A stretch of DNA of 46,593 nt from Spirogloea muscicola (lineage: Eukaryota): NCBI GenBank assembly GCA_009602725.1, contig WELB01000001.1, forward strand, positions 217,422-264,014, written 5' to 3'. Below are positions 26,253-37,844 of this stretch, in pieces. Within the stretch, counting starts at the first letter, position 1; each line of letters opens with the position of its first letter. The translations under genes and the position numbers were made by a program. Under the pieces are notes generated by a model, which saw only the letters and a list, made by a program, of their open reading frames with translations, was not told where the DNA came from and did no database searches.

Positions 26253-26551
26253 CTGCAGGTGGAGCTGAGTGCTCATTGGCTCTGTGTGTCATCAGGCAAG
26301 TCTTTGTGGTATTCTGAATTCTGTGTGACTATGAGTGGATCTGCGTCTGTGGTGTGTCTGCATCTGCACAGAGACGAGGACGGTTTGCTGGTCCTCCTGG
26401 TAAGGGTAAACGTGCAATGGATCAGTCTGAGTGGAGACGACAAAAAGTAATGGCTGTAGGACGTGAAAGACAGGTACAGACTGCAGAACGTGAACAGCAG
26501 GGACAGGCTGCTGAATGTGAAAGACGAGCAGGCTAGCAAGAAACCATTCAT

Positions 26552-27095
26552 TTTCGACCTTGTCCATTCTCATTTGGGGCTGGCCTTTAGAGCTCACTTC
26601 TTCAACAGCCACCTGGAAGGTGACAAGCCAGCACCACCTGGGAAGCACGAATATGGCACTTGAGCTGAAGGACGGCTCGTCGCCAGTACCAGTAAACGGA
26701 TGGGAAGAACGGTGTTTTCAAACGGGGGCGACGGCTGTGAAAGAAACGACGGCTGTGATCTGGCCGCGCTTTCTCTCTGTGAAAGAAAGGCCAGCCCAAA
26801 GAAAGAAAGCGCGGCCAGATTGACTGGTGTGAAAGGGCTAGCCCAGAAACGGAGACACAAGTCCGGAGGGGCCGGAAGGCTGCAATTGGTGGCCCCCAGC
26901 ATCAAGCGCAACTGCCAACGGCTAACGAGCTCAGAGGAAGCGCGGCCAGATTGACTTGAAATTTTACTTGATTGACTGGTGGCTGGGAAAGGCCAGCCCA
27001 AAGAAATGGACAAGGTCTCGGTCCCGGAAGGCCAAGTCACCTGGCGGGCACTTTCTTCGTAAGTCACCTGGCCAGCCAATCCTCAATGGCCGAGC
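26552..27095. mobile_element. Cluster of at least 6 short type-B/C retrotransposon termini in both orientations
   Basis: Repeated gcgcggccagattgactgg, ggccagcccaaag and gaccttgtccattc, plus short direct repeats flanking small inserts. Confidence 0.8.
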
Positions 27096-28482
27096 TTTGG
27101 CTCTCACAGCCAGGTCTCCCTACTCGCATGGGCGGCCTTGGCTGCCGGTCGTTGGAGCAGACGGCGCAAGCAGCCTTCCTGGGCTGCTGGCACCAGATCG
27201 CCTCCCTGCTCCCCATGCGCTTCCCTTGCCTCCACGACCCTGTACGCAATGTGGAGGAAGGCTCCTTCCCCTTCCAAGCGGATCTGAGGAGCATCCGCGA
27301 CTCAGCCATCAGCTCTTTCCCCTCTCTCCAACCCCTACTCACGCCATTCTCCACCCTCGCCCAAGCTTCTGATAGAGGGGCACAATCCAGACTGGTTACG
27401 GCAGTGGAAGACGAACGCCGCAGAAGGTTGAGGAGGCTGCCAGAGATTCAGAACAATCCGAGGAGCTTGGCAAGACTCACTTCTCTGGCCACACCTGGTG
27501 CCACTGACTGGATCACCTCTCCCCCCGTCGCCAACGCCTTCAGCATCAGCTCCGAGGCCTTTCGGACATCGCTTCAACTCTTCCTCGGCCTCCCACCTAA
27601 TTGCCTGATTGGGGTGCGCCAGTGCGAGTGCGGCTTCCGTGCAGAGGGTGCTGTGCTCGCCACTCACATGCTGAGATGCCCCACTGGACCAGAAGTGGTG
27701 GGCATTCACAACCTCCTTCGCGATGCCCTGGCGGGCTTGATGCGCGACGCCGGCTACCGTGCGGTCGTGGAAGTCAACAATATCATGCCTATCACCACGG
27801 ACGCCCAGGGACGTCATCATCGCCGCACACTTGACATTGTGGGCGTGCAACCTGGTGGAGGACCACGGGCCCTGGTCGACGTTGTTGTTACGGAGGCATA
27901 TAAAGGCCCAGCATCAACACACATTGCTGGGCACGCAGTGGGCGGAGCAGAGCAAAGAAAACTGCGGCATTACTCCGATTACCCCCAATGCGATCAACTC
28001 CTGCCAGCTGCAATCGACATCTTTGGCTGTCTGGGTCCTCGCTTCCACACTCTGCTTCAAAACATTGCCAATCTAGGCTACACTCGACGCGCAGATGTGT
28101 TTCCGGCTGAGATGGGCTTGCCAGCTGCATATCTGTCGCTCTTGCGACGTCGAGTTTCGGCCTGTTTGCAGCGTGCTCAGGCTAGTGCCTTGCACCAGAA
28201 AGCTGGGCGAGCTCTAGTAGGTGGCAGAAGGGCTCCGTTCCTGGCATCTAGTATTCATGCATCGAGTAGTGACCTTTATGTTTTGACCCGTGGTTATTGA
28301 GCGGGTCAATCTGCTGTAGGTTATGTAGATTTTTAGATGTGCTTGCCTTTGTACCTGACCATTTGGCCTACATTTCTTTCTAATACACGATATTTTCTCT
28401 CGCGAGGAGCCCACTCTCTGTTCATTCTTTTTCGGGCTGGTTTTTCCAGCCCCTATTCTCAATGGGCGAGCAATTTCTTTCT
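27095..28482 (+). mobile_element. 5'-truncated RLE-type (CRE-like) non-LTR retrotransposon: post-RT region, CCHC finger, restriction-like endonuclease, 3' UTR and type-C terminus
   Basis: Uninterrupted ORF to 28300 with LPTRMGGLG, GATDWI, CECG..HMLRC..H, RTLDIV..LVDVVV..AEQRKLRHY and PAAIDIFG. There is no RT core. Terminus gggctggtttttccagccc...gggcgagcaatttctttc. Confidence 0.9.
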
Positions 28483-28549
28483 TCACTCGGACCCGCGCGC
28501 CTGTACAGATGATAGTAAGCTCATCCAAATGGGGCGAGGGGGTGTGAAA

Positions 28550-28775
28550 GAAAGAGAGAAGGCGCGCGGGGCGCATGAAATGAAATGGAGGCCAATTCAC
28601 GCCGATACATTGTTCAGGCAGAGTCTAGGGCAAGTTAAACAGGGCAACATAATACGGAGACCTAAAGTAAACGAAAGAGAAAGGGCTCGCCCATTGAGGA
28701 TGGAGGAGATTTCCGTGTATTAGACACAAACATTGGAGATAGGGGCTGGACAAGCGAGCCAAGAGAAGAATGGAA
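28550..28775 (-). mobile_element. Type-A and type-C termini in antisense, upstream of SGF29
   Basis: Matches 35664-35778 (type A) and 40458-40510 (type C). Confidence 0.82.
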
Positions 28776-29110
28776 GGCCAGCCCGACGAGAACGGACAAG
28801 GCCCGAAGAAGGCCCGAAGGGGCCCAGCAAGCGCTGGAGATGGGACAGGCGAAGCGGAGGGGCGGCTGGCGTGGCTGGTGTCCGGTCAGCGCGGGTGTCC
28901 TGGCATCGGCGGCGCCTGGAATGGTGGCCTGCCCGCCGCGAGCATCCCGACTGCCCCGTCTCTCCCGCGCGCCGGCGCGGCGCTCAATCTTCGGCGCACT
29001 CACTCCGGCTCGCCTCCCGCTGCCGCCGACGGCGCGGCCGCCCCGTCCGCCGCCGTCTTCCTGGCTCTCGCCTCTGCGAGAGAGCGAGAGAGGCGGCGCA
29101 TCGCTGCGAC

Positions 29111-31720
29111 ATGATTGCGCTGCCCGACTCTTTCCACCTGCGCCTGCGGGAACTCGACCGGGCTCGGCGGAGCGAGGACGAGGTCCTCAAGAAGATCAAC
29201 AAGTTCCACCTCAAGCTGGTGGAAGTCGGTGAGTGCCGTATCACGGCGTGGTCCTGACTTGGCAGGCTATGCCGATGGCCTGGGTACTGAAGGCCCACAT
29301 TGGATGGGCTGCACCAGCACTCAGAGACGCAATCTTGCTGCATTGAAGTGGATCACAGCGGCTCAGCTTAGATTGCCTGCAATTCATGTCTTTCTTATCT
29401 TGTGACGCCCATCTCTCAGTCCACCATATGTTCTCATAGCCGTACATATTGATGTACTCGCAAACAGCTACAGAGAAGGCTGAGAAGTATACTGAGAAGC
29501 TCTGGGAGAAGCTAAGGACGTTTTACACTGATGCGAAGCAGCTTGCAGAGTCCGAAGAAAGGTAGACCAAATCTACTGTGTTTGCAGTGCCTCAGACAAT
29601 GTCTGCACGTGTGCATGATGTGCCTAAGGTGGATGATACGAATGCTCTCTGAAGATGCACTTAACAGGCAGCAAATTTGTGCCCACCTGCGATCCCTACC
29701 TGTGCATAACTGGGACCACTGAATGTCGCGGCCTCTCATTGTGCAGTGCTTTCCAGCATTGCATTAAAGAGGTGGAGGCATTGAATTCGCCGAATCACCA
29801 ATCTGCACAGCGGAGAAAGTCAGGCAAGGCTGATTCACATGACACCCCTTCACATTCATATACCTCGTGTCATTTGAGATAGCCCCTCTGCATGAGTGCT
29901 ACTGATTCAAGCCCATAGCATCTGCAAATGCGATGCAGTGCACGTGCTTATCTGACATATGGTCCCTTTCTGGATGGCATGGGCCCCTGTCTCCAGCAGG
30001 CACAGAGGCAGAATTGAACGACCACAAGCGCAAAAAGGTCAGGACTGAGAGTCTCGGAGTATCCAATCGGGCTGGCACATTCCTGTCGTCAGCCCATCCA
30101 CCAGCTTCGCTTGACCACAGTATCTCTATTGGTGATCAGGTATTACCTTATACTTGCATATGTTGTTTTCACCACTGACGTCACGTACATTTTGCTTCCT
30201 TTTTGATACAGTCGCTTCGCTAGCTTTCTAGCGATGACTCGAATTGTCTGGCAGCACTAATATTGACGTGTTCTGCTTTTGCCAAAGGCGCGCAAACAGA
30301 TACATATTTTTTTTGATCAATCTTAAGCTTCTGGTGATCTGACATCAAAATTGGCTGCAGTTGATGTGATCGTGGATCATTCCTGTCGCAGGTCGCTGCT
30401 CGACGGTCTCCAGACGATGCTGAAAAGGACGACTGGATTGTGGTCAAGGTTACTCGCTTTGACCGTGAGAATAACAGGTGTGACACCTCTGTGAAACACT
30501 CAATGAGACATCGCTTTGTGACCCTTTCAAGTCAGGGACGAATATCTGGGAACGCCTTGAGAGTCAGATATTCTTTAGTGGATAGAGCCCATGTTATTCT
30601 GAGCAGGCATATGGTTCATGATCTTTCTCTATACTGCAACATTTGGAGAGAAGAGTCGTACTAATTATGCATCTTACATTGTCATGTAGGTATGAGGTAA
30701 TAGATGAGGAGCCTGGCGATGATGATGAGAGCAGTCAGAGGTGTGTTTGTGAGCTATCATGCAATGTCACCCAATTACGAGACGGTGCTGCAAATTAGTA
30801 GCATACACATCCTAGGCATGCTGCTTTCTTGTCCTCGCATAGTGTACAGTCATCTGTTTCAGTGGCCCCTGATGCTGTTGCAGCAGATTATGATGTGGTG
30901 CTGAAGTTGGTGTGGCAGCAGAAAGTACAGGTTACCTACTTCCTGCATCATTCCTCTTCCCAAGAGGCCAGAACTCATAAGTATATCAATGTTCCCACCT
31001 GGAAGCCAAGTGCTGGCGGTCTACCCGGGCACTACTGCTCTTTATAGAGCTCGAGTTGCGGGACCACCTAGGAAGGTCAGCTAGCTGCTACCGTCAGTGT
31101 GCTGACCTTGTGTTCACATCTTCCATATAAGCAGCAGCTAAAGCTCGCCCAATATTAGAAATTTCCAACCCACCTTTGAAGTATGACCTGTAAGGCTCGT
31201 CCACTGTCTCTGAGTGCTTGTCATGGCATGGTAAATGATCAACAAATACCTGCAAAGACTAATATTGATCCACTCGGTTTTTCACGTGTGTGCACTACAA
31301 ACTTCTCCAAATCTCGTGCCGATTGCAGCGGAAGTCTGATGAGTAAGTCATGCTCTCTAGGGCAGGCCTGCATAATCAATGCATGCAAGTCTGATGGGGT
31401 TGATCCTTGCATTGGTTACACGGGCTATTATGGAGGTTGAAAAGGGAGTATGAGCTGTCTGCTCCCAGTCTTGATAAAAACTTGGTGCCAGAGTATGTTT
31501 CTCAGAAATTTTCGATCTTGTATTGGTTATCATTGCGTTGAGATTGTTGTCTTCGGTCCATATCACTAATTTAACAACCTGGATGATGTGCTGCTGCATT
31601 AGTTACTTGCTGGAGTTTGATGACGACGAAGAGGAAGGATTGGATGGCGTACCATGCATGCCGCAAAGACAGGTGCCATACAACCATGTCGTGCAGCTAC
31701 CTGACGGTCATCGGCAATGA
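29111..31720 (+). CDS. SGF29: SAGA-associated factor 29 (tandem Tudor H3K4me3 reader), multi-exon
   Basis: N-terminal coiled coil, GDQ|VAAR..DDWIVVKV, RYEVIDEEPGDD, FPPGSQVLAVYPGTTALYRARV and YLLEFDDDEE..VVQLPDGHRQ*. Confidence 0.93.
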
Positions 31721-32718
31721 TGCCGTTTGTACAGTGAAGACTCATTCAACGGAGGCGACAGGATACAGCATCATGTCTGTGACTTCTTCGCCCAGTCAAT
31801 TAGTTAGACGGCGGCCATTGCTGCTTCTCCAAATCAGATTCATTACCAACTACTTATGCAGTTGGCCTATTCTTAGTCGACAGCTTGCTCACAGCATTTT
31901 GCAGATGGAATAGGCGTGATGCCTCAGACCTGCAGCATCCCTCTTGTTGCAAGCTTCCTGAGCTTAGCACTACCGTAAAGGTCTTGCTAGGCTGCCTTAC
32001 TTTGAGGCCGGCTTGCAGATGCTTTCTCTGCACCTGTGCGCCGAGGTTTCAAGGATGGTGTGCTTTCAGTTCCCTTGGCAAAATAGCCCGTTGCATACTG
32101 CAAGCCCATCAAAAGTCCAAGGAACTCTTGCAGCTTTACTTTGTTGGCAGCAAGATTGACAATGGAGCAGCATTTGCTGATGACGCACGAGATGAGATCT
32201 CTGGCCTTGCCAATGCAACCGCCAATGCTGCCTTAAGTCATGCCAATCATTGGAAAGGTACAGCAATGAAGTTGATGCAACAAAAGGTGCCAGGTTGTGC
32301 TGCAGTAGAACGTCACAAATGACTAGCAATTGAGCAATCAATAAGTAACGCAGTGAGTCCGCAATTGGTACTGGCTGCACATCAAGGAAGGACGAAGGCA
32401 TATGGACTATTAATGACTACTTCACGTTTGTGCCGTTGCAAGAAAGTCTCTGTTGACCTGACAGCATCACGAGCATAGTGGCTGGCACGGCGCCAACACT
32501 TGTGATTGGAGCTCATACTGCATGCCATTAGAAGACGATAAGTGGTGGTGGCCAGGTGCACGCAAGCTGCCTTTGCCAACTGCTAGTCCGCAGTCAATTT
32601 GAGACCTTCAGCTCATATGTGCTCCTTCATGGGCAACATGCTCGGTAAGCTGCAGCTGCGGGGTATAAGCACGTTGCTCAGGATGGTTACCTGTGTTGTC
32701 GCGGTCCTGGTTGCAAAG

Positions 32719-32839
32719 CAGATGAAGGACCCACACAAAATATCACACAACAAATCTTGACCCATCACATTCGTCTCAGCTACCGTTGCAACCAGGGTCA
32801 AGATTTCTTGTGTGATATTTTGTGTGGGTCCTTCATCTG
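32719..32839. repeat. Long inverted repeat: 45-bp arms, one mismatch, 31-nt loop
   Basis: 32719-32763 is the reverse complement of 32795-32839 at 44 of 45 positions. Confidence 0.95.
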
Positions 32840-33786
32840 GGACCCTCATCCTCCAGATATACTCAAGCGTGCTGTACCCTGGCGTGGTGCTTCATATCAT
32901 GCCATGAAAGTTGGGGCCTCCATGACACGTTCGCTGCTACGCTCAGCAGATACTTATGCAGCTGCAGCCTCTGCCAAGAGGAGCACAGATAACGACCCGG
33001 CATCCAAGAGCCTTGTGCCCAGAATTTAACGCCAGATATGATGACAGCTAGCGTCCTTCAAGAGCCCCTTTGACAATGTCTCGTCGACAATTTGAGGCCC
33101 TCACTTTCTCAACCACAAGCTAGGTAGACCGTACACCAAGGCCTTACACCTGAAGCTCACAGTGATCCACACGTCCTCTTCCGCCAGCTTGCACAGTGCA
33201 AGTGGGGCCACTTGCTGGCACCTTGAAGTGAGCTGAAAAGCACCACGACACTTAAGTGGAGATACAGTGGCTCAAATGTAACACTTTGTCTTGATGCTGA
33301 GCAGTGCTGCTAATTTATCCAGCTTAATAAGCATGGCATTGTCTGTGAATCTGGCCTGCCGGTTCAGTGGTCCGATGTGGCTTTCCACCCAGCACTTATG
33401 TTTGCACAAACAAATACATTATGAACGCACAACAAGGAGCTGCCCCCCAGTGATTGGGAGATGTCACTGCCCGCTCACATAGTCGTCTGCAATTTGGTGA
33501 GCAGTGCACCCTGTTGATCTGATAGACTGCATGAGCCTGTCAACCTGTCTCTGAAACTGCCCCCCAAACCCCTGGAACTCAAGTTTGACAGGCGCAGCAG
33601 CATCTGCTGATAAAGGACCACAGGGCTGCCCTGAGCTCGATGCAGACGCCCCCAGATGATATGCAATGTTATTGTACAACAGGGTAGTCTAGAAGCTCAG
33701 GCTGCCAAGACGTACTTGGCATGCTTCGTACTGACCAGTGTCAAAAAGTACAGACCTGAGCAGCAGTACCCTGCTCAAGAAAGCGG

Positions 33787-35583
33787 TCAAGAAGCTGCAG
33801 CAGCCTGTTGGCTATGCACACTATGGAAGTAGTCTTTGCTGAGTTTTGGGTCAGGCTTCATTGTCCTCTCTCCTGGCTGCCACCCAGCTGGACAAACTTC
33901 CTCTGGGTTCTCCTGCATCATTGAGTTGGATAGTGAGCACGCATACAGCAGCCCAGCTTACGGTGCTGTTCAACACTGGCTAAGGTAGCATTATCTAATC
34001 ACTCTTGCTGGAAAAGCACATGATGCCAAAAGTGGTGGCTTGGTCACTCTAGACACTCAGAGGTGTATGTGTTTCGTGCTTAGAGGATGCTATTGACATA
34101 CTCGTTGTCACAACCCTCAGGACGTCCAGGTTATACTGAAGATGTTTGCATTACCTGGACATAAGTGATGGCCTGTAATATCCGCAGAGTTTCATTCACG
34201 CTCCTCCCCATGGACAAGTTGTTGATGGTGGAGTGCTGTATGACGCCTTCAGGGTCGATGATGAAGGTGCCTCTCAAGGCAATCCCCTGGTCCGGAAGGA
34301 GCACGCCATACGAGCGCGAGATGCTCTTGGTCAGGTCAGACACCAGTGGATATCTGAGGTCCCCAACTCCTCCCTCCGACCTCTTTGTCAAGGTCCACTG
34401 AAGGTGCGAGAACTGGAAGAAGGAGAACAGGACCCTAGATGAGGACCTCTTTGCCACATGAAAGTGCCTTGAGACTGCGAAGAGCAATGAAGAAGCACGA
34501 CAATATTGTTCAGAGCGGCTGCAAGTCGTCATACTGTTTCAGGTTCAGACCACCTTTCAGACCACATTAAGAGATCTGAAAAGTGCTGAATCAGCTCCTG
34601 TGAGCTCAGAAAACGAGGAGCAGAAGGAAAATGGAGCCGCAGCACAGAGCCACGTAGATGAAGCAGAGACCTTGCTGGATGCCTACAATGACATCATCAT
34701 CCCAATGAGCAGCCTTGAAAGGCTAGAGAGGCTGGAGGATAGCTGATGTTGGTTTGTGTTTGAATCTTGACCAGAGTGTCTTGACCAGAATGACAAGTCA
34801 ATCCAACAGGAGCCAACTCCAGCTGAAGTCTGGAGCTGGTACGAAATGTAAACACAGGCTGACGGAGCACAAGGGCAAAGAGGGGTTGCAATTGGAGTGG
34901 CTTCGCGCGGTGCTAACCACGCTGTCGACGCTGACGCCCAAGAGCTCCGCATTGTGGTCCGCAAAGTCCTGGTGACGGTCACTGAACGCCGTAATCTCTG
35001 CAAGCCAGACAGACCCAGTTCCGCTCCCCAACACAGTCAGCTGGCTAGGCACGCCTTGCCAGACGGACCCCACTTGTGGCCACTCTTGCTTGCAAGCTCC
35101 TGTGGTCGGGCGAGGAGAAATTGCCAAGTCCAGCAGCTCCAACACCACAGCTCAGCTGGCCGGCAAAGACAGGCCGACTGCGGGCCCACGGACCTCCCAA
35201 AGGTGGGGCCGACGAGGCAGACGACGGCGCAGAGGAGGGGGCTAACGACGGGAGCTGGTCTCGACGCAAGTATCAGCACCCCGGTGCAGAGACCAAAGCA
35301 GGCGAATTTTTGTTGGCGCTAAGGTGGCGGCCACAAGGTGCGGGAGGAGCCAGCAGCAGCGGCGGCGGCGACGGCGCGGGGGGAGGCCTCACCGGTGGGG
35401 CAGACGAAGGTGAAGTCGAGCGGGTAGAAGAAGAGGACGACGTACTTGCGCGCCGCCTGGAAGTCCGACAGCCGCAGGCGCACCACCGCGCCGCCCGCCA
35501 CCGCCTCCGCCTCGAAGTCCGGCGCCTTGCCACCCACCAGCGGCGGCGCCGCCGCCGCCGCGGGTGCGGGTGGCGCCTCGGCA

Positions 35584-35616
<33 letters not shown>

Positions 35617-35645
35617 ACGGCGAGGACCCAGAGAGCGGCTGCCAT
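33787..35645 (-). CDS. Typical 2-Cys peroxiredoxin (BAS1/2CP-like core), 4 exons, with a signal-peptide-like N-terminus
   Basis: [14 protein letters not shown] (peroxidatic Cys), [22 protein letters not shown] (resolving Cys) and the YF motif. Confidence 0.95.
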
Positions 35646-35667
35646 AGCTGGGAGGGCGGGGGAAGAG

Positions 35668-36803
35668 AGAAGGCGCGCGGGGCGCATGAATTGAAAGGGA
35701 GGCCAATTCAAGCCAATACATTGTTCAGGCAGAGTCGAGTGCAGACTAAACAATGCTACATAATACGGAGACCTAATCTAAGGTACCTAAGATGACATTA
35801 GTACCCACGGGTGAGCACAAACAAATCTGACAAGCTAACTTGGGGAGCTGGAGCGCCGCCACGAAAGCCGGAGGCCTGACTTAGAGCGCGCCCTGCACGT
35901 TGATGAAGAGCCAATGCTTGCGAGCGCTGCAAACTAAGCGAGAGCCGCATTCTATAATATGCAACTAAGGCCTGCGGAATGCTGGAGTGGCCCAAGCTGC
36001 CCCCCCGACTTCGACGACGCGCATCAACCAGCCGGGCCAGATGCTGGATCAGGGAGGACCATTTCACGCCGTAGCCTCCATAGATATCCATGGCACACGG
36101 GTAAAGATGGTCCCCTCGAGGATGATCATGGTAGTGCCGCTCCTTCTTGCGCTCCGCGCTGGACGTGGCCCAGCCAGACACGGTTGACGTTGGTGCGCCA
36201 GCCTTGTATGCGTCGATCAGTACCACGTCCAAGAGCAGACGAGGCCCACCGCCCCGCGGGGTAGCGACCACGTCCAGACGCCGCACGTATGGCTTGCCGC
36301 GCCTTGAGGAGATTGGCATGATCCCAGACACCTCCATCGCCGGATGATATCCCGCCTCTCGCACAATGCCAAACATGGTATCCCTTAGTAGGTCGTGGGA
36401 GGCAATGCGCTCACCCCCCTCAACACACCTCAGCATGTGCGAAGCTAAGGCGAGCTTGTCGTCGGCAATGTGGCCACACTCGCACTGGCGGATGCCAGCC
36501 AAGCAAGGGGGGGGGAGGCCAAGGTGGTGGTGGAGCGCCGTGCGGAAAAGGTTGTCAGAAAGCCGAAGGGACTCGTAGATCGGCAGAGCGTTTAGCCACT
36601 CCGACGCGCCCGGGGAGCCGATTGAAAGGAGCCGGGTAAGGCCACGTCTATCGTCCTTGAGCAGTCCCTTCAAGTCGGAGGCGGCCTGCACGTCCGCAGC
36701 GTGTGTGTAGTGAGCCTGCGCTTTCCTATCGGAACAGCGTGCCCATGCCGCAAAATCTGCATGACCCTCGGCAAGTGTTGGTAGGGAGCACGAGAGGTCA
36801 TGC
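35668..36803 (-). mobile_element. 5'-truncated RLE-type non-LTR retrotransposon with a 22-bp target-site duplication
   Basis: Open frame from the truncation point to the stop at 35798 (CECG..HMLRC..H, RRLDVV..LLDVVL..AERKKERHY), then a type-A terminus. Identical agctgggagggcgggggaagag at 35646-35667 and 36804-36825. Confidence 0.93.
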
Positions 36804-37004
36804 AGCTGGGAGGGCGGGGGAAGAGGAACACGTTAACTCTGGGCAGAGCACGGCTGCTCATGAAGAAGCGTACTGGAGAAAAGAGGCTAAAACGTCAGGT
36901 GCCCACGTAGGATGCGCGGGCGGAGAGCGAAGGGAAACAACAAGAAAGCTTTGCGTTGAGCGTATAACGAGTTGATGGAGGCCCTGAGCGGCCAATTTCA
37001 TCGG

Positions 37005-37570
37005 CAACCACATAGACAGATGTACATCACCCGCTGCTGAGCGGAACTGGAGCTTTCGCTTGCTGACCAGAGGTCATTGAGCGCCCACTTGCTGACGTCT
37101 TGAAGAATACCATCCTGCTATGCTGACCCGCTCAGTAACCACGAGTCAGCAAAGGGAAACAGCTCTCCAGGGTCAGGCGATGCAGCCCGCGCTTTGGCTG
37201 CTGCTTCTGGAGTCTCCGTGGAAATTCGTCGGGATTACTGTTCCAATACTCTATTCCACTTCAGTCCTTGTCCATTTCTTTTGGGCTGGCTGGTCACAGC
37301 TCTCGCTTCCTCGCTTTCGCCTTCGCCCTCGCCCCTCGCCTTTCGGCCATTGCAGACCCTGTTCATTCCGTTGGGCTCATGCTTTTGCACCAAAAAGCTG
37401 GTCGAGCCTTAGCTGTTGGCACACGGGCTTGTAAATTGCCGTCCGGAATCCGGACATCGGTTAGCGACCTCTACGTGCTGACTCGGGTTATTAGACGGGT
37501 CAGTTTAGCAGCAGGTGATGTACATCTGTCGTTGTACTTGCTTTCGTACTTGGCCACTCAGGCCCTCGGT
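37005..37570. mobile_element. Further retrotransposon 3' remnants in both orientations
   Basis: Minus strand: LLTRGY* plus gcgggtcagc at about 37120-37155 and a UTR piece at 37012-37045. Plus strand: type-B piece at 37264-37290, then LHQKAGRALAVG..SVSDLYVLTR plus UTR at 37385-37570. Confidence 0.8.
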
Positions 37571-37844
37571 CCTGAGGACTGCCGAACATCACTGGAGCAA
37601 TATTCGGCAGCTGCGTTCAGCTGCATTGGCCTCTTCTTCCTTCCAGATTATTCTGCTTCCATATTAATGAAGCCATCATTAGTAAAATCCTAGCCTCTGC
37701 CAGCTGGGACTTTTCTTGCCTTGTATGGCATTTTGCTGGTCATCACGGGCCCACCTTCCAATCTGTAGTGTCACCTCCCATCTTCTTTGCTGCACGATAG
37801 CCCTAGTCCCCTGCTACACGATTGCCAACCTTTTCGTCCCTCCT

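Noticed and set aside
28420..28670. Repeated termini as snRNA, tRNA or tRNA-derived SINE genes
   Set aside because: No A/B boxes, cloverleaf or recognisable snRNA sequence. They directly follow retroelement stop codons in several copies.
31885..33700. Short ORFs between SGF29 and the peroxiredoxin
   Set aside because: No consistent exon chain or recognisable motif.
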